A stretch of 64,000 bases of DNA, from positions 1 to 64,000 of the forward strand of contig CDMY01000497.1 of NCBI GenBank assembly GCA_001179505.1, given 5' to 3'. Under the pieces are notes generated by a model. That model was not told the origin of the DNA. It saw nothing but the letters and a program-made list of their open reading frames with translations, and ran no database searches. The DNA comes from Vitrella brassicaformis CCMP3155 (taxonomy: Eukaryota; Protista; Chromerida). This document shows positions 24,101-38,300 of the stretch, piece after piece (positions within the stretch are counted from its first letter, which is position 1; each line of letters opens with the position of its first letter). The position numbers and the translations under genes were made by a program.

Positions 24101-25466
24101 ATCAGCAACAGCAGCTGTGCCATCGAGATCTGTCATTATTCATCTGCTCAACTTGGCCACACGCAGCAGCAACGGTGTGGATTCAAGCAGCGCCATCGAC
24201 GGCTGCGTGTGTTCTTCCGAGCATTTGCCGACATGTCGAGTGTGTGTCGCTGTGGGCGACTAAGATTTCCAGCCCCGAGACGATGGGTGTGGCAAAGAGG
24301 GCCATTACACAGCTCCCTGGCAGCTACCTGGTGATGGATGCCGTGGCGTCAGGTGAGATTTTATCTCCCTGATGTGCCCGCGAAAATGCGCTTCTGCTGG
24401 GCACTGCTGTTACTCAATGGGAGAGCTTGCAAGCAGACAGAGAAACGATGTTTGTTTGGTTCCCTGTGTTTGTCCGTCAGTGTTGGCTGGGTCATGGTTG
24501 GATGGTGGCCTTTGCGAGTGAGCGAGGTCAAATGGGCCGGCATCGTCGCCATGAGCCGCCATCTCCTGCACACACGCAGCTATGCCGTCAGTCAGTCAGT
24601 CAGTCGGTGTGCTGTGCATACCATCGTATCAGTCAGTTTTTGCTCATACGGTCGTCTTCCCCTTTGTCGCGCAATGGATGCGATCGGGCAGTATTCATGT
24701 GTGAGTCGTGGGCGTGTTGTGTCGCGCAAAGAGTGCATGAGAGCCTTTATGTGCACTGCTCAATCGTAGCGGGGGAGGGAGGGGTGGGCCTGTCATGCGT
24801 CTGTGTGCCTCTGCCTGTGATGGCATGTAGAGGAGCGTCCAGGTTGCGTGCGTGTCGGGGTTCGTGTGTCTGTCCGATGACCACGGCATGGGTGCATTTG
24901 CCTAAGTGATTCACGTGCAATCGGTGGATGCCAACTTCGCTTCAAAAAAAAGAGGCACACATACACATGCGCACACAGACACACAGACACACACACTCAC
25001 AGCTACACACGTGAAGCCGTCCACCATGTCATGGGAACTGACCTAGGCACGTCACCCGATGGCCATCTGCACGTCACCCGATTGATTAGCACCCACTCGC
25101 TCACTCACCGACACACACAAGGGGTGAATGCCATTCAAACACATGAACGAACAGGAAAGCGGAGCTCGTCGCGTTGCCGTTCATCTGTCTCTGTCCCTGT
25201 CTCAAGGCCGGCCATCGACACCAAAAAAAAAGTGGAGAGAGAGAGGGCAGCCAGCCAGAAGCACACGGGAAGAGAGAAGAGGTCAGCCAGAGGGACGACG
25301 GCGCAACACACACACACACTCGCAGGTGATGATATGTACAGGCGCGCGTGTGTATGTATGTGTGTGTATTGCTGGGTGTATGGGTGGGGAGATGGCTGTC
25401 AGCAGAATCGCCGCTACGCCCCATTTCTGTGAGAGTGGATGTGTGACGCACATCCACTCTGCGCCC

Positions 25467-26283
25467 TCATTCCTCCTCCTCCTCCGATGAGGGCGGTGGT
25501 GCTTCCCAACCCGCCAGATGTGGTTCTTCTGGCTGTGGCTGTGGTTGTGGTGGTGGTGGTTGGACCATGTTGGCGGCGGCCTCTGCATTCTTCTTAGCCT
25601 TGGCCTTAGACCTGCACACACACCACAGCAGAAGGCACCGATTTGTGTGCGTCGTCTCCTCAGCCCATGAATCTCCCTGTGTGTGGTGTGAGGTGCGACC
25701 AGTGTGTGCCCTTACTTCTTGGGCAGCAGGACGGAGTGGATCTTGGGCAGTACGCCGCCCTGAGAGATGGTCACGTCCTTCGTGTACTTGGCGAGCTCCT
25801 CGTCGTTCTTGATGGCCAACATCAGGTGGCGGGGCGTGATGCGAATCTGTCGCACACCACACACAAACCACACCTCACACCCCTCCCTCCCTCCCTCCCT
25901 GACCTTCTTGTGGGCCTTGGCAGCATTGCTGGCCAGCTCCAGCACCTCAGCATACAGATACTCGAGCACAGCCGCCAGGTAGACGGGCGCCGTGCTGCCG
26001 ACGCGCTTGGCATAGCGGCCCTTCTTGAGGTAGCGGGCGATGCGCGCCACGGGGAACTGCAGACCAGCACGCACCGACTGACTCACCTGCAGAACCAACC
26101 ACACCACACCGCACCACACCGCATAACGAACCAAGAAAGGGCGCCAACACACCACACCACATATCACACAGATCCATGGTGCCCATCCATGCTCCATCTA
26201 TGTATCCATCCATCCATCTGCGTGCTGACCTTCTTGGTCTTCTCGGCGGTCTTGCCGCGGCCGCCCTTGCCTTTGCCCGACAT
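25467..26283 (-). CDS. H2A: Histone H2A variant, 4 exons, with Pro/Glu-rich C-terminal extension
   Basis: [93 protein letters not shown]. Exons 26283-~26230, 26085-25904, 25846-25716 and 25610-25467 are in phase. Confidence 0.95.
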
Positions 26284-26484
26284 CACCGCACACACAGCAC
26301 AGATGCCTTCGCGAGGTGCACACGTGCAGAGAGGAGTGGTGGACAAGATGCGCCGTCGGGTGGCTGTGGTCAGCTGCAGATGGCCTTGGAAAGTGGCCGC
26401 TAAGATCCTGTCCGCTCCGCGACGTAAATTGCGCTTGCGGCCAGGATATCCTCTGTCAGATCTGGGATCCTCCTATCAACAGGT

Positions 26485-28290
26485 TCAAAGCAGGTGCTGA
26501 TGAATGATGTTTGCTGACGGACTTGCCTCAAGAAGGAGGAGAGAGAAAGCCGAGAGCAGCAGCACATACGTTAGCGTGAAAACAGCTGCTGCCGAGAACA
26601 GCTGAGCTGGCCATGCCATCGCATTTGCCCCTCCCTCCCTCCCTCCCTCCCTCCATCCATCCATCCCTCCCTCCATCCATCCATCCCTCCATCCATCCCT
26701 CCATCCATCCCTCCCTCCCTCCATCCATCCCTCCATCCAGAGGACAGATCTCGAGAGATCTCCTTGTCTGTGTGTGTGTGATTGAATGGCTAAGGGTAGG
26801 GGCTTTGCTCATTTATGGCCATCGACATCCCATCATACATCTCACTCAAGGTGAGGATGACGCCGCGGTCAAGGTGAGCACAGACAAACGAGGCAGTGCA
26901 GGCAGGCAGGCAGGCAGGCAGAGAAGGAACAGAAGGGATCGAAGAGAATGGAGGGACCACGGCACACATCCACAACCGCGTGGATGTGTGTGGTGGTGTG
27001 TGTACCTGTGTGGATAGTGAGAGCTTTGTTGTCGTCGCCTCACCTCTTGATGACCGCCCTTCGGCCGATCAAACAGCCCACACAGCAGCAGCAGCCATGG
27101 ATGGCTGTCGACTCGCCGTCGTGGTGTCGCCGTGTGTCGACACGGACGGGTTGGGTTCTCTCAAAGGTGAGCCTGACAATAACACGGGCAGATGTGCAAG
27201 CACCTCGACCGACACTGTGGCGTGTAGGTGGGTGGATGGATGAATGGATGAATGGATGGATGGTCTGTCTGTCTGTCTGTCTGTCAGCACCGTGTCATCG
27301 TGTCCTTCTCGCCCATTTGGATTCTCTGTCTTTGTCTTGCTTTGACGTACTTCAGAAGTCCTCATGTGAGGAGCAAGGCGTGGCTGGTTGAGCGTCAGAG
27401 TGACCAAAGGCGGCGGGCATGAGTACACCAGCGTTGGCTGCGACGCTGACACACAGATAGCCATACGGGCAGTATACTCCCTGTATGTGTGCCAACATTT
27501 GTGCATATGTGTGTGTAAGTGTGGATCGTGATGGTTCCAATCGATTGGATTCAGTCAATACACTCAGCGTCTCAAGCACGGCACGTTCCATCCATCCATC
27601 CACACGACACACAAACACAGAAAGAGAGACGGAGAGAGTGAGACACTCACTGTGCACACCTTCCCGCCTCACCCCACCCGACCTCATACTGAAGAGCCAG
27701 CAGCATGGCGCGGTGCAGCGAGTAGAGGCAGACCCCCGCCCACACCGTGAGGGTGCGCTGCAGCAGCACGCACACATAAGACACGGAATCTTATGTCTGT
27801 CTTATGTGTGCGTGCGTGTGTGTGTAAGTGAGAAGGCAAATGGACTGTGTGGACAATACAAACGAGTGTTCTCCAGTTCGATGTATGAAGGGCATTGGTT
27901 TGTGAGAGAAGAACATGGCAGGAAGCTGTGATTCAAATTGTGTGTTCACAGACATGCAACTCAAACTTCTAAGTTTCTCCCCCTTTTTTCGGCGGCTTCT
28001 GAAATGTGTTCTTTGTTCGAATTCTCTAGAGTTTCTCCTGAATCCTTTATTCATTTTTCTGCGTTGCCGAAAATTGTTTTTTTACGATCACGAGTATCCC
28101 CCAACCAGCGATACTGGCCGGGCTAGTCGCGGTCTGTCTGATTCGGATGCGATGTGCCACCCCAGTAGTCCAATCATGGTTCCCCAGGCCAAGCACGTGC
28201 ACGCAGTCCGTGCAGCCCGTCGATCTCGCCCGTGTGTTGCAGCCACAGTGAGTGAACGCCTTAAAGCCATCGTGAGCCAGCATTCTATGC
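26485..28290 (-). CDS. Possible small multi-exon membrane protein (hydrophobic exon fragments)
   Basis: Hydrophobic stretches [23 protein letters not shown] and [27 protein letters not shown] lie between intron-like repeats; I could not build a full model. Confidence 0.2.
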
Positions 28291-29517
28291 GGATAGAGAA
28301 ACACCATCCGGACACCAAACCAGACACCCACACTCACCCACCCATCCAGAAATTGACCTGATCCCTGCTATCATCCCCCATCCATGCATCCATCGCATCC
28401 ATCGATTCAAGGCATACACACGTGCATTCACACATTCATACGTTCGTTACCTGTGGGATCGAAGACCCATGGCATGGCATGGCATGCGCTCATTCATGCC
28501 ATGCTTGTGTGCGTGACACACCAGACAGACAGGCATCACTTCATGGTATTGGGATGACAACCATCACAGACTTCGCTGAGAGAGACACACAGCAATGGCC
28601 ACACCGGACGGATTCCCACACTCAGTGGGCAAAAATAGATAGACAGACAGACACAGCCACTGACTCACCGACTGACTCTTGTGGTACTCCCCCACTATAA
28701 CGGTATGACTGACTAACTTCCTCGCTCACGCGCGGCCTCCGGCGCACTGAGCAGAAGTCTCTCTCTCTCTCTCCATCTTTCCCCGGACACAGTTGCATCT
28801 CATGAGCATGCGACATTCAGTATATTGACGGACAGCGGGACAAATAAACGACACAGCACGCATCCAACCAATCAACCACAGGCCAAGTAGGGAATACGAC
28901 GACCCCATCACACATACATACATCCGGGAAATGAAGTCATCAGTCAAGCCAAGCCCACAAACCATCCATCCATCCTTGTGGGCAGCACACCCAACCCACC
29001 CCACCAGAGGAACGGACGCAGTGGAGGGCACTCATCTGCAGCAAACATACACGCATACATCCAGACACACATGCACACACAATATGAGCACAGGGACACA
29101 TACACATGTATCTGTCTGTCTGCCTGGCCTGATCTGGTCTGATCTGGTCTGGACTGGCCGTCGGCCGCTTACTACACCCATCGTTATACGGTATTGATCA
29201 AGAGAGACATGTTGGCCCGCCTGAGGCTGCCGACAATCACGTACGCACATACATGGAACATACACACGTACGAAAGAGGAGAGGGAAAGGCCACAGAACC
29301 GCCTCCCACGTGCGAATGTGGCGAGCCAGCAGTGAGTAGGTGGCGCATGATGCAGTAGTTAGTGCAGAACGCCATGCATATGAATACGAACGATGTGTGC
29401 ACACATGCGCAGCGCACATAGACACATCGATGGACCTGACTTGCCACCCATCTATGTGGAATCTGGGTGTTCATTCCGTCTCTCGTGCATGTCCCTCTCT
29501 GTGTCAGTGTGCGTCAC

Positions 29518-31820
29518 CTACCCTCCCAGCCATGAGTCCGACACCGCGCCGACGGAGGTCTCCCCAACACCGGCATCAACATCCATGCCCCGCTCTGAAA
29601 CAACGTCCGCCGCCCAAAAGGGCACCAGAAGGACCAAAGGATTGACCACATTCAGTTTCGCCAAGTGCCCCGCACCCCATCGGCTGACCTCTTTCCATAT
29701 CATAGCTCGGCGGCTTCTCCATGTACTTGGGCGGGGGGTCCTCCGGAACATCATCCCGGCTAAAGCCGAAGAACAATCTGGCGTTCCGGTCGCCATCCGA
29801 CTGGTACGGCAGACAGGCGAGCCTAAGCGGGGGCCGCTGGAGGTACCCCTCCCTCTCAGGCGGGAGCACCGGCAGGCCAAGCAGGAAAGACCCCGCTCTG
29901 CAGCCTGTCGTGCTCGCCGCCGAGGGAGCCCGTCCCTGTCCCCGCCCCAGCCCCGAACTGGCCGAGAAGACACTCGTCCGTGCACTGCTGCTGCTTTGGC
30001 TGGGGAGGGATGGCATCCGTTGCCGATGCTCGGGCTCCCTCTCGTAGTAGGGCCGCACACCCCTCTGTCGCTGCTGTGAGGCGAGGTAATCGGCCGGGCC
30101 AAACTGGTGCACAGGCGTGCCAGAGAAGGGCTCTGACGGCCGAGGCGGGAGGGGCCACGGACGCGGCGGGGGCTGCGGGGGCTGGGGGTCGGGTAGCGAA
30201 GGGGGCAGGCGGGACGAGAAGGGGATATCGAGAGCCAATCCTGGCTTCTCACGCGCCGAGACCCCACCTGGCTCGTACAGGTCCATGGGCATGCCTCCTT
30301 GGCCCCGCGGAAGAGAGCCAAAGAAGCCCGCCGGACGGGGCTGCTCTTGCTGATAGGGATAGGGGACGTGTAGCCCATATGGGCTCTCTGACGGCGGGGG
30401 GCTCGGCTGCGGCCTGCTGCACAAGCTGGAGCTTGAGGATTGCGAGCGTGGGTAGCTGGCCTGCCGCATTCTATCGCCCTTGCTTGTCGCCAGACGGACC
30501 TCTATCGGACGACGGCCGTTTGGCATGATCAGCTTTTTGTCCAGCTGCACAATGGCTGACGCTGCCTCCTCCCTGTCTGGCATTGTCACGAACGCAGCAC
30601 CTGATGATAAACACACAACAACAGAGGGCGAGTGTTTGTGGTCCGCGTATATTGCTTGCTTGGGCCCTTTTACATTTGCTTTCGCCTTGGGAGTCCCTCC
30701 TGCATGCGTACGAGGACAACCAGCGATGATTCTCCGGAAGGTATCCGTCAGTGTCTCAGCGAGGGCGAGCTTACATGATCCAGACTTCATCAACGGCGCC
30801 AAACTGCTCGAAGACGGCGCCCAGCTGTCGGTCCGTGACACTCTTGGGCAGTGACCCGACGAAGATCTTAGCTGCCTCACCGCCAGGCTGCATCTGAGGC
30901 GGGATGCCCAAACGCTCCATCTGACACGCGCACACCACACACCGACAAACAGACAGACACACACGTTGTTGAGGGTGGGGCGGATGTGGTGTGCACCACC
31001 TACCTCTCCTTCGGCGAATCTGACTTGGATGGCCCCAGCACTCTGGTTCAAGACGCATTTGCCGTGCAGCTGCTCCATGGCAGCAAGGGCATGCTGCACC
31101 GTCTGGAACCGCACGAACGCACATGCTGAATGCATCGCAACAGGACACCGGATCGATTTGTGTCCATCCACTTGTCTGCCTGTCTGCTCCTTGCGCGTAC
31201 TTCTTGAGTTTGGCCCTCTGGTAGTTGGTCTGTTGGGTGAGTTGGTTAAGATGTGCACGTCCAGAACGACGCCGCTGAAGGCAGACAGACAGACCACACA
31301 GACAGACATTATCTAGCCATCCTTAGCAAAGTACTGTGCAGTATGAAGGTGCACTCTCCTACCACCGGTTGAAGACATCGAACAGCTGCCGTTCAGATAT
31401 GCCTGCCATGGGAGTGGAGCAACGCACAACACAGACGCCCACACACACACACTCACATCCACACAATCTCTACTAGCGGCGGCATCTTTCGCAGCAGATG
31501 CGCATCCGTCTATCTTTGTACCTACCGACGGGCAGCCTGTTGACGAACGTCTTGACGGGTGACGACGTCAGCACATTATCCGGGAGGGGGCGGGGGGCAG
31601 GAGGGGCTGAGTGGCCGTGGGGTGGTGTCGCTGCCAAAGCTGGTGCTGGTGCTGGTGCTTGAGAGAATGATGGAGTGGGGTGACTGTACTGCGGTGGCGG
31701 CGGCCGGGGACGTGGGTGGTGTGGCAGAGCTGGCGAAGGGGCGGGCAGCCGTGGCGGCTGTTGGAATGACGGCGGGGAGTCATGGGATGACGCGTAGGGC
31801 GGAGGAGGCTCTCGATGCAT
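29518..31820 (-). CDS. CELF/Bruno/FCA-like protein with two RRMs and Pro-rich flanks; multi-exon
   Basis: RRM1: VKTFVNRLP..QLFDVF..CAFVRFQTVQHALAAMEQLHGKCVL..IQVRFAEGE. RRM2: AKIFVGSLPKSVTDRQLGAVFEQFGAVDEVWIM..GAAFVTMPDREEAASAIVQLD..PIEVRLA. The tandem arrangement and 'VRFAEGE' linker are typical of CELF/FCA. Confidence 0.85.
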
Positions 31821-32222
31821 CTCAACCCACCTGCACAGATAGACAGATAGACACAGCCACATCATTATCATGGGTCAGTCAGATGAGTGCTTGTGCTGAT
31901 CTCTTGCGCTGTACCGCTACTTCTCTCCATCGAGATCTATGCCTCTCCCTTCTCAAGACGGCTCGAAAAACTGCACGCTCACCTCACAGCTCGCACGTGG
32001 CGCAACCAACACGCCGTGCACATCGCCTTTGCTGCAGCCCCTGGGTGTGTTGCAGATCTGAGCCTGCACCTGACGGAGCGTTGAGAAGTGGCTACTGGCT
32101 CATCTGGTGTGTGAGTGGCTCACCGCGAGGAGTGAGTTGGTTTAGCACATCGTCATGGATTCGACGCAGGTCGGTGAATGACGAGCAGTGCATTTCAAAC
32201 AAAACGGACCTGCACAGAACTC

Positions 32223-35035
32223 ATGGATCCCTCCGATGTGTATGTGTCTTTGGTGCAGCTTGTCGCGAATGCCCAGTCTTTGAAGGCGGGCTGTCTTAAG
32301 CTGCGGGACGAGGTAGATCAGGTAGGTACGATGACCTTACACAGATCAATCACACGAAGGCCTTCATCAGTGAAGCAAGCGCCGCGCGCTGTGTGTTTCC
32401 CGTCCGTCCGTCCGTCTGGCTTTTGCAGATCATCGCACAGGTGTCTCACGTCGAGCAGCACCAGGACTACATCGCCACACAGGTAACTAACCGACACACA
32501 CGTGGCCTGGCCACGACCTTGGAATCGCTCTTGTCGGCTGTCTTTTGTGTGGCATCACGTAGGCGGCTTCCCCGTCGGCATCGCTGTTGAGTGATCAGCT
32601 GGGCTCGATGGCATCTGTGGTGCGGGAGGCCACTGCCCAGCTGCAGCAGGGGCATCCTAGCCTCGCCACGGCAGTGGCGGCACTCACACCGACCAGTGAG
32701 GCGGCGGCGGCGAGTGAGGACACCAACGCACAGCAGGTGAGGGGCAGACCAAAAGACACTCACCATCAACGACGCTGACATTTTGTATGTGTGCTGTACG
32801 TACGTCACTGTGGCACTGCAGGTGTCCGTAGCCACCGGACCATCATACCGTCAGATCCACTGGAGCGGCCAGACTCCACCCATCGATGAGAAACCGGTAG
32901 GAGTCACAAACGATGAGTCTCACATATCAAACCATCACCTGTGCGTCTTCTCGCTGTCTGCCTGTCACTCTATAGGCCCGTCCTCTGTCCCGCGAGGAGT
33001 TGGCCAACGTCTTCGGCCACCTGCAGCCATGGGAGCTGGCCCGCCTCCGACGGCACCTTGGCAAGGCCCTCTTCCACCTGTCGGCCGCCAGGTACACCCA
33101 CCTGACCATCAGCTGTGAGGACGCTGAGGAGCGACGGCTGTGGGCGGCCATGCCACTGGCCACCGCACACAAGTGGGGCCGGCGGATGACGCATTTGAAG
33201 CGTCTGAGGGTCCGCGCTCCATTCGACCGGCCTGGCTGGTGTCTGGGTAAGTATGCGCACCCACCAGTGCAGCATAAGTGCAGGTCTCACTCACCTTTCT
33301 GTGCTATCGTGGATGCGTTCTGTCAGGACATGTGGTCTCCATAACTGAAGGCCATGCCGACGGGCGGGCGGCGCTGGCGGCGAAGCAGCAGCAGCAGCAT
33401 CAGTCGGCGGAGAGGGAGGCGAGCGGCGGCGTGGCCATCTCGACACAGACCGGTGACGACGGCACGCTAGAGGAGCTGTCATTCGAGAGCGTGCTGATCC
33501 CGACCCCTCCCCCCACCCCTGCCCCCCTCCCGGCCCCCTCGCCCATCAAGACCATCACTCTCCCCGTTCTCACGACCGTCACTGCCGTCCCGCAGGATGT
33601 CGCCCGCATCCGCACGGACCGCTCGTGGCTGACGCCCAATGTCGCCACCCTCACCTTTGAGCGGCAGGTGGACACAGAGGCAGCCAAGGAGTGGGTCAAG
33701 GGCTGCAAGGGGCTTAAGGCGATGGGGGTTCTGTCGGTGGGGGCGACTGAGGAGGTGCTGCGCGGCCTGCCCGAGGACGGCAAGTCCCTCTCGCGGCTGC
33801 GGTCCCTCGGAGGCATCGAGCTGTGGTCGGCCGACGCTGACGCCATCGGCCGGCTGCGCGAGACACTGGTGGCGCGAGGGGCCAAGGGCACGCTCGACTT
33901 CAGCTCACTGGACATCATTCCGCCGCGACAGCCGAGTGTGGACGATTATCGCCGGATGAACGACGAGTATCGCCGGATGACCGGAGACCGCGATAGGATC
34001 GAGGAACTGGCAAAGCTCACGTAAGCACGGCAACGGGGGGATCAGAGAGGACAGTAAGACTGGCGGATGTGTCTGTCTGGTGCTGTGTGTGGCATTCATT
34101 CAGGGCCGACGTGGTGGATGCTGATGCCCTGGAGCAGCCCATTCGCCGCTGCCGTGGCGGCATCGGTCGCATCGCTGCCGGGCTGGTGACCTGGGCACAC
34201 ATGCACCGCTGCCCCTGGGTGCGCTACATCGTCAACTACCTGGCCAGCGTGGCGTCGAGAGTGGTGGTATCGGGGGATGAGGGGACGGCAGCGACCATCA
34301 CCAGCGACACATTCCCGACGACCTTCGCCATCGAGGTCGCAGCGGGCGCCCTCACGACGGCAGAGAAGCGCGCGGCAGCCGCCAGCATCGCCTCCGTCAT
34401 GCCGAAATTGGGATGGGCGGTGGTGGGCAGTGATTCATCGCCGTTGACATCCGCTGTCGGTGTGGTGGACTTCCTGACCACCCTTAAGTCGACCATGAAC
34501 ATCACCGAGGGTGCACCAGGGGAGATATCGCTCCAGCTGCACGTGTCGTCGGCAGCGGTGTCGAGTGCTGCGGAGCTCAGTGGGTGGCAGCTGGGGCGGC
34601 GTGCGGCCGATATGCCATCCACGAGGAACGTTCAATTCACTGTTCACGGTAGGCCTCAGTCAGTCGTGTGACTCGATAGGTGTATGTATGTATATATGGC
34701 GGGATCTGTGTGTGTGTCACGTTCAGGTGACGTGGATGACGGCGAGTGTGGCGCGCTCCTCTGCAATGCCATCGCCATCCTCACGTCGTGCACACGACTC
34801 AAGGTACGTCAGCCGAGCAGCAGATCCGAGGGACGCTCTCATGTGCCACTCTGTCCGTTTGGTTCGTTCGTTGCAGGACGTCGATGATGTGACCATGTGT
34901 TTCCAGAGCGTCAGTCTCGCCAGCAAGATGAGCCAGTGGTGGGAGCGTTTCCGACCCGAAGCGCCTGAGGGGTTCGACACGGAGTTTAGTTGGCCGTCTC
35001 TGACTTTCCGCCGCCGCAGCCCATCAACAAAGTGA
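32223..35035 (+). CDS. Gene A: lineage-specific expanded-family protein (N-terminal coiled coil, F-box-like segment, LRR-like body)
   Basis: Phase-compatible exons MDPSDVYVSLVQL.., ELANVFGHLQPWELARLRRHLG.., GTLEELSFES.. and WVRYIVNYLAS... A paralogue lies at 44326-46550. Confidence 0.8.
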
Positions 35036-35268
35036 ACACAGGTACGCACCGAAGAGCACTGACAGACAGACAGACAGACACATGGCCGGCCCCAACAGCA
35101 TGTCTGCTGTGCTGTGCTGTGGTGTGTCCCTGTTGCTATATCGATGTCAGCGATGAGCGGCCGGCCTGCGGTTGGTAGTGTAGATGCCCGTTGATTGGCT
35201 CTCTCTCTCTCTCGCTCGCTCTCTCTCCCTCCCCCTCTCTCTCTCTCTCCCCCCCCTCTCTCTCCCCC

Positions 35269-35305
<37 letters not shown>

Positions 35306-38300
35306 TGCTGCATATATGTACGTGTGTACGTTTGGTTTGGTGGGCAGTGACTGGCTGGCGGGCACTCACATGAGTGAGATACTCACACCATCCACCACCC
35401 ACGCATCTCATGAGAGGAGGGAGGGAGGGACGGAGGGAGGGAGGGAGGGGTCTGTGTGCTGACTGACACATTGACTGACTCGGTGGGTAGCTCACACAGG
35501 GGGGGCGGGCGGGGCTGTATATAACCACTGCGTATCTTATGTTGCCATTCGGTGCGTGCACGTATACCGTATGTATTTGTCGCCCAGGCTGAGCTGCCTG
35601 TGCATCGGGCGGCCGCCAGGGGTCGGTGCGTGGGTTCATATGCATCTGTCGATAGCAGTGAGGGCGGCTGGGCGGGGGAAACGTGTTCCTGGCTGTTTGC
35701 CATTTATTTGACTCGACGGACGGACGGGTTGATGGAATGCGAGCAGACAGACAGACCATTGCAATTTTGAGCTGGCATGCAAGCGGCCTGCAGTCACCGT
35801 ACTCACGAGCTCGCCTCTTTTCGTCTCATCTTTTTTGTCTCTCTCTCTCATTTTTGTGCGTGTAAGTGGTCGTCATGTCGAGCGGCCGGACACCCATCTG
35901 TCTGTCGGCATGATGAACCATCCGGTGCGTTTTAAGTCGTGCAGAGGGAGGCTGGGTGGCGACGGATAAATGACATGCATTGACTCTGCGTAGCTGCCAC
36001 ATTGCATTGTATGTATGCGCGTGTTGGCCTGTTCCTGTCGGCCAAGCACACGGATGGCCGGCAGTGAGCACACAGCACTGCTCCGCACCACGTGTCTGTA
36101 CGGGCAGGTCTGTGGTGTCTGTCTGTCTGTCTGTCTGTGTGTCCACGGCTTTTCGCTATCGGCCACGAATGGGGCCGTCCGTCCGTCTCACGACAGACCA
36201 ACAAGCTTGGTTGGATGCACTGCACCAGCGGCAGGCCGTTTGTGTGCATTCAGGTATGTAATCTACGCACGAGTTTTGGGCAAGAAGGGATAAAGGAGGC
36301 CTGTCGGTCGGTCATTCTTGAGTGTGGGGAAAAAGAACAGGGGTCTCTCGCTTTGCCCTCGTTTGTCCCTTCACAGCTTGTCTGCTTGTCTGTCTGGCTG
36401 CCTGCGGTTTCCCCACCAGCCGTGTCGTGTGTTGGTCGATGCTGGCTGATGGGTCATGAGGTCGATGGATGAATGGATGGATGGATGCGTTTCGACATCA
36501 CGCATACGTACATCTAGAGACGATGATCTGCGCGTGTCGTTGCATCTGCCTCCCTGCCTATATGTGCGTGTTTCCTGCTCGTACTCTGACACGACGGCTG
36601 AGTGTGAGGACACGGATGCATTGAAACAGGCGCATCAACGACAGATGTCAACACCCCGTCTGTCCATCCGTCGCGAACGTACACAGACAGCCATCAGCAG
36701 CCACCCGTCCATCCATATGCACCCGTGCGTACATCAATCACAGCTTCGAGAAGGCCGTCGGCTGTGTCTTGCCCCTCCCACCCATGTGTGCAGCAGCGGC
36801 GGCTGCAATGTCGACGTCCTCACTCTGCAGCGCTGCCATGTTCCAAATCCGCCGCATCACCAGACCCTCCTGCAGGCACACGCACACACAGGTACAAAGA
36901 CATAGACAGACACACAAACACACAATCACACCCGTACAGTACCTCAACAGCGCCTGGCTGTCCCAATGGTTCGGTGTCCTGTAAGCAGTGAGTGGTGTTC
37001 GTTCTTGCTAGAGAGACAGGCCGTCTCGTGTTTGTTCGTCTCCGTATGTGTGTGTGTGTGTATGTGTGTATGTAATTATCGGACTTTGAATGAATGAGGC
37101 TTTTGGCCGTTTGCTTCCTTCACTGAATTGATTGACCCTTAACAACTGCATGCCACCCGCACTTCATGTGGTCCCACTCACCGTAAGAAGCGCGTTAGCT
37201 GCTGCTGACTCAGAGCAGATGTCTTAGTCAGTCCACATGTACGTACGTGCAGCCACGCGACGGCCAAACCATCGACTAACACATGCACCGATGCAGCTGC
37301 CTCTCACATTCAATACAGCCTCTCCCTTTAGGACACGAGCGGTGATCTCTGCAGCCGAAACCTGAAAGAAAGCGCACACAGGACAAGAGAGGAGAGGTGA
37401 CTTAATTTTGCAATGGCCGCTGCAGTCACAGTGCAGTGCAGTGTTGCGAAGCTGACCCACGGAACAAGCACAGATCTCTTCGGCAAAAAGACCGCTGGAT
37501 GTGCCAGTGGGGCTGGCGGCTCCTCTCTGACTCCTCTCTGACGGCTCCTCTCTGACGACTCCGGCCGATGGCGCACTCTTACACACTCTGCGGATAAGGG
37601 AAGCGCCGCACCACAGCCACAGATGCGTGTGCACGCGTGTGCGGGCGGCTCACGAGGCAGACAGACACTCCCACCGTACCGTACCAATACCTCCTCAGAG
37701 TGGTCTCGTGAGTAGCTGTGCTGTGGTGGGCTAAGCTTGGACGCTATCGACCACAGCTGCCAACCAACTTGAGCGCGCCATCTCAAGCAGCGGACGGCCA
37801 CACACACTGTCTTTTCTTGCGGGTCGTCACCCAGAGAGGTCTGTATGCAATTAACGTCCGTCGGCCTTGGCGCTGACTGACCAGCCCATTTCACTCACTC
37901 ATGCACCGGACCTCGTTCCCTGCCTGCCTGCCTGCCTCGCCGGAACCTGACGACAAACAGGCAGGCGGACAGACAGACAGACAGACAGACAGACATGCAC
38001 ACACAATAAATCAGACTGACGTGCAAATCCATCCATCCTTTCTTGCTGCAGCCTATCTTCTCGCCCATCCCTCCCCTCCAGTGCGTGACCTGACCTGCTC
38101 TCCTTGCCGCACACACACGGGCATCTACACATCTGTTCACTCTGCTGATAACAAGGAAGGGAAGCCACGGACGCTGTGCTGCTCACTGACTGACTGATGG
38201 GAACTCCACCTTACCGAAAGGGAAAGAGCCTTACAGCCTTGAAAGCCGTGCAAATCAACAAAGCGCCAGATCACCGCTCCCCGTTTCAGATCGCCACACC

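Noticed and set aside
35190-35300. Long CT/GA tract generating Glu/Arg- and Ser/Leu-rich ORFs
   Set aside because: Simple microsatellite; the ORFs are artefacts, like many others in the track built from TG, CAGA and GGAT intron repeats.
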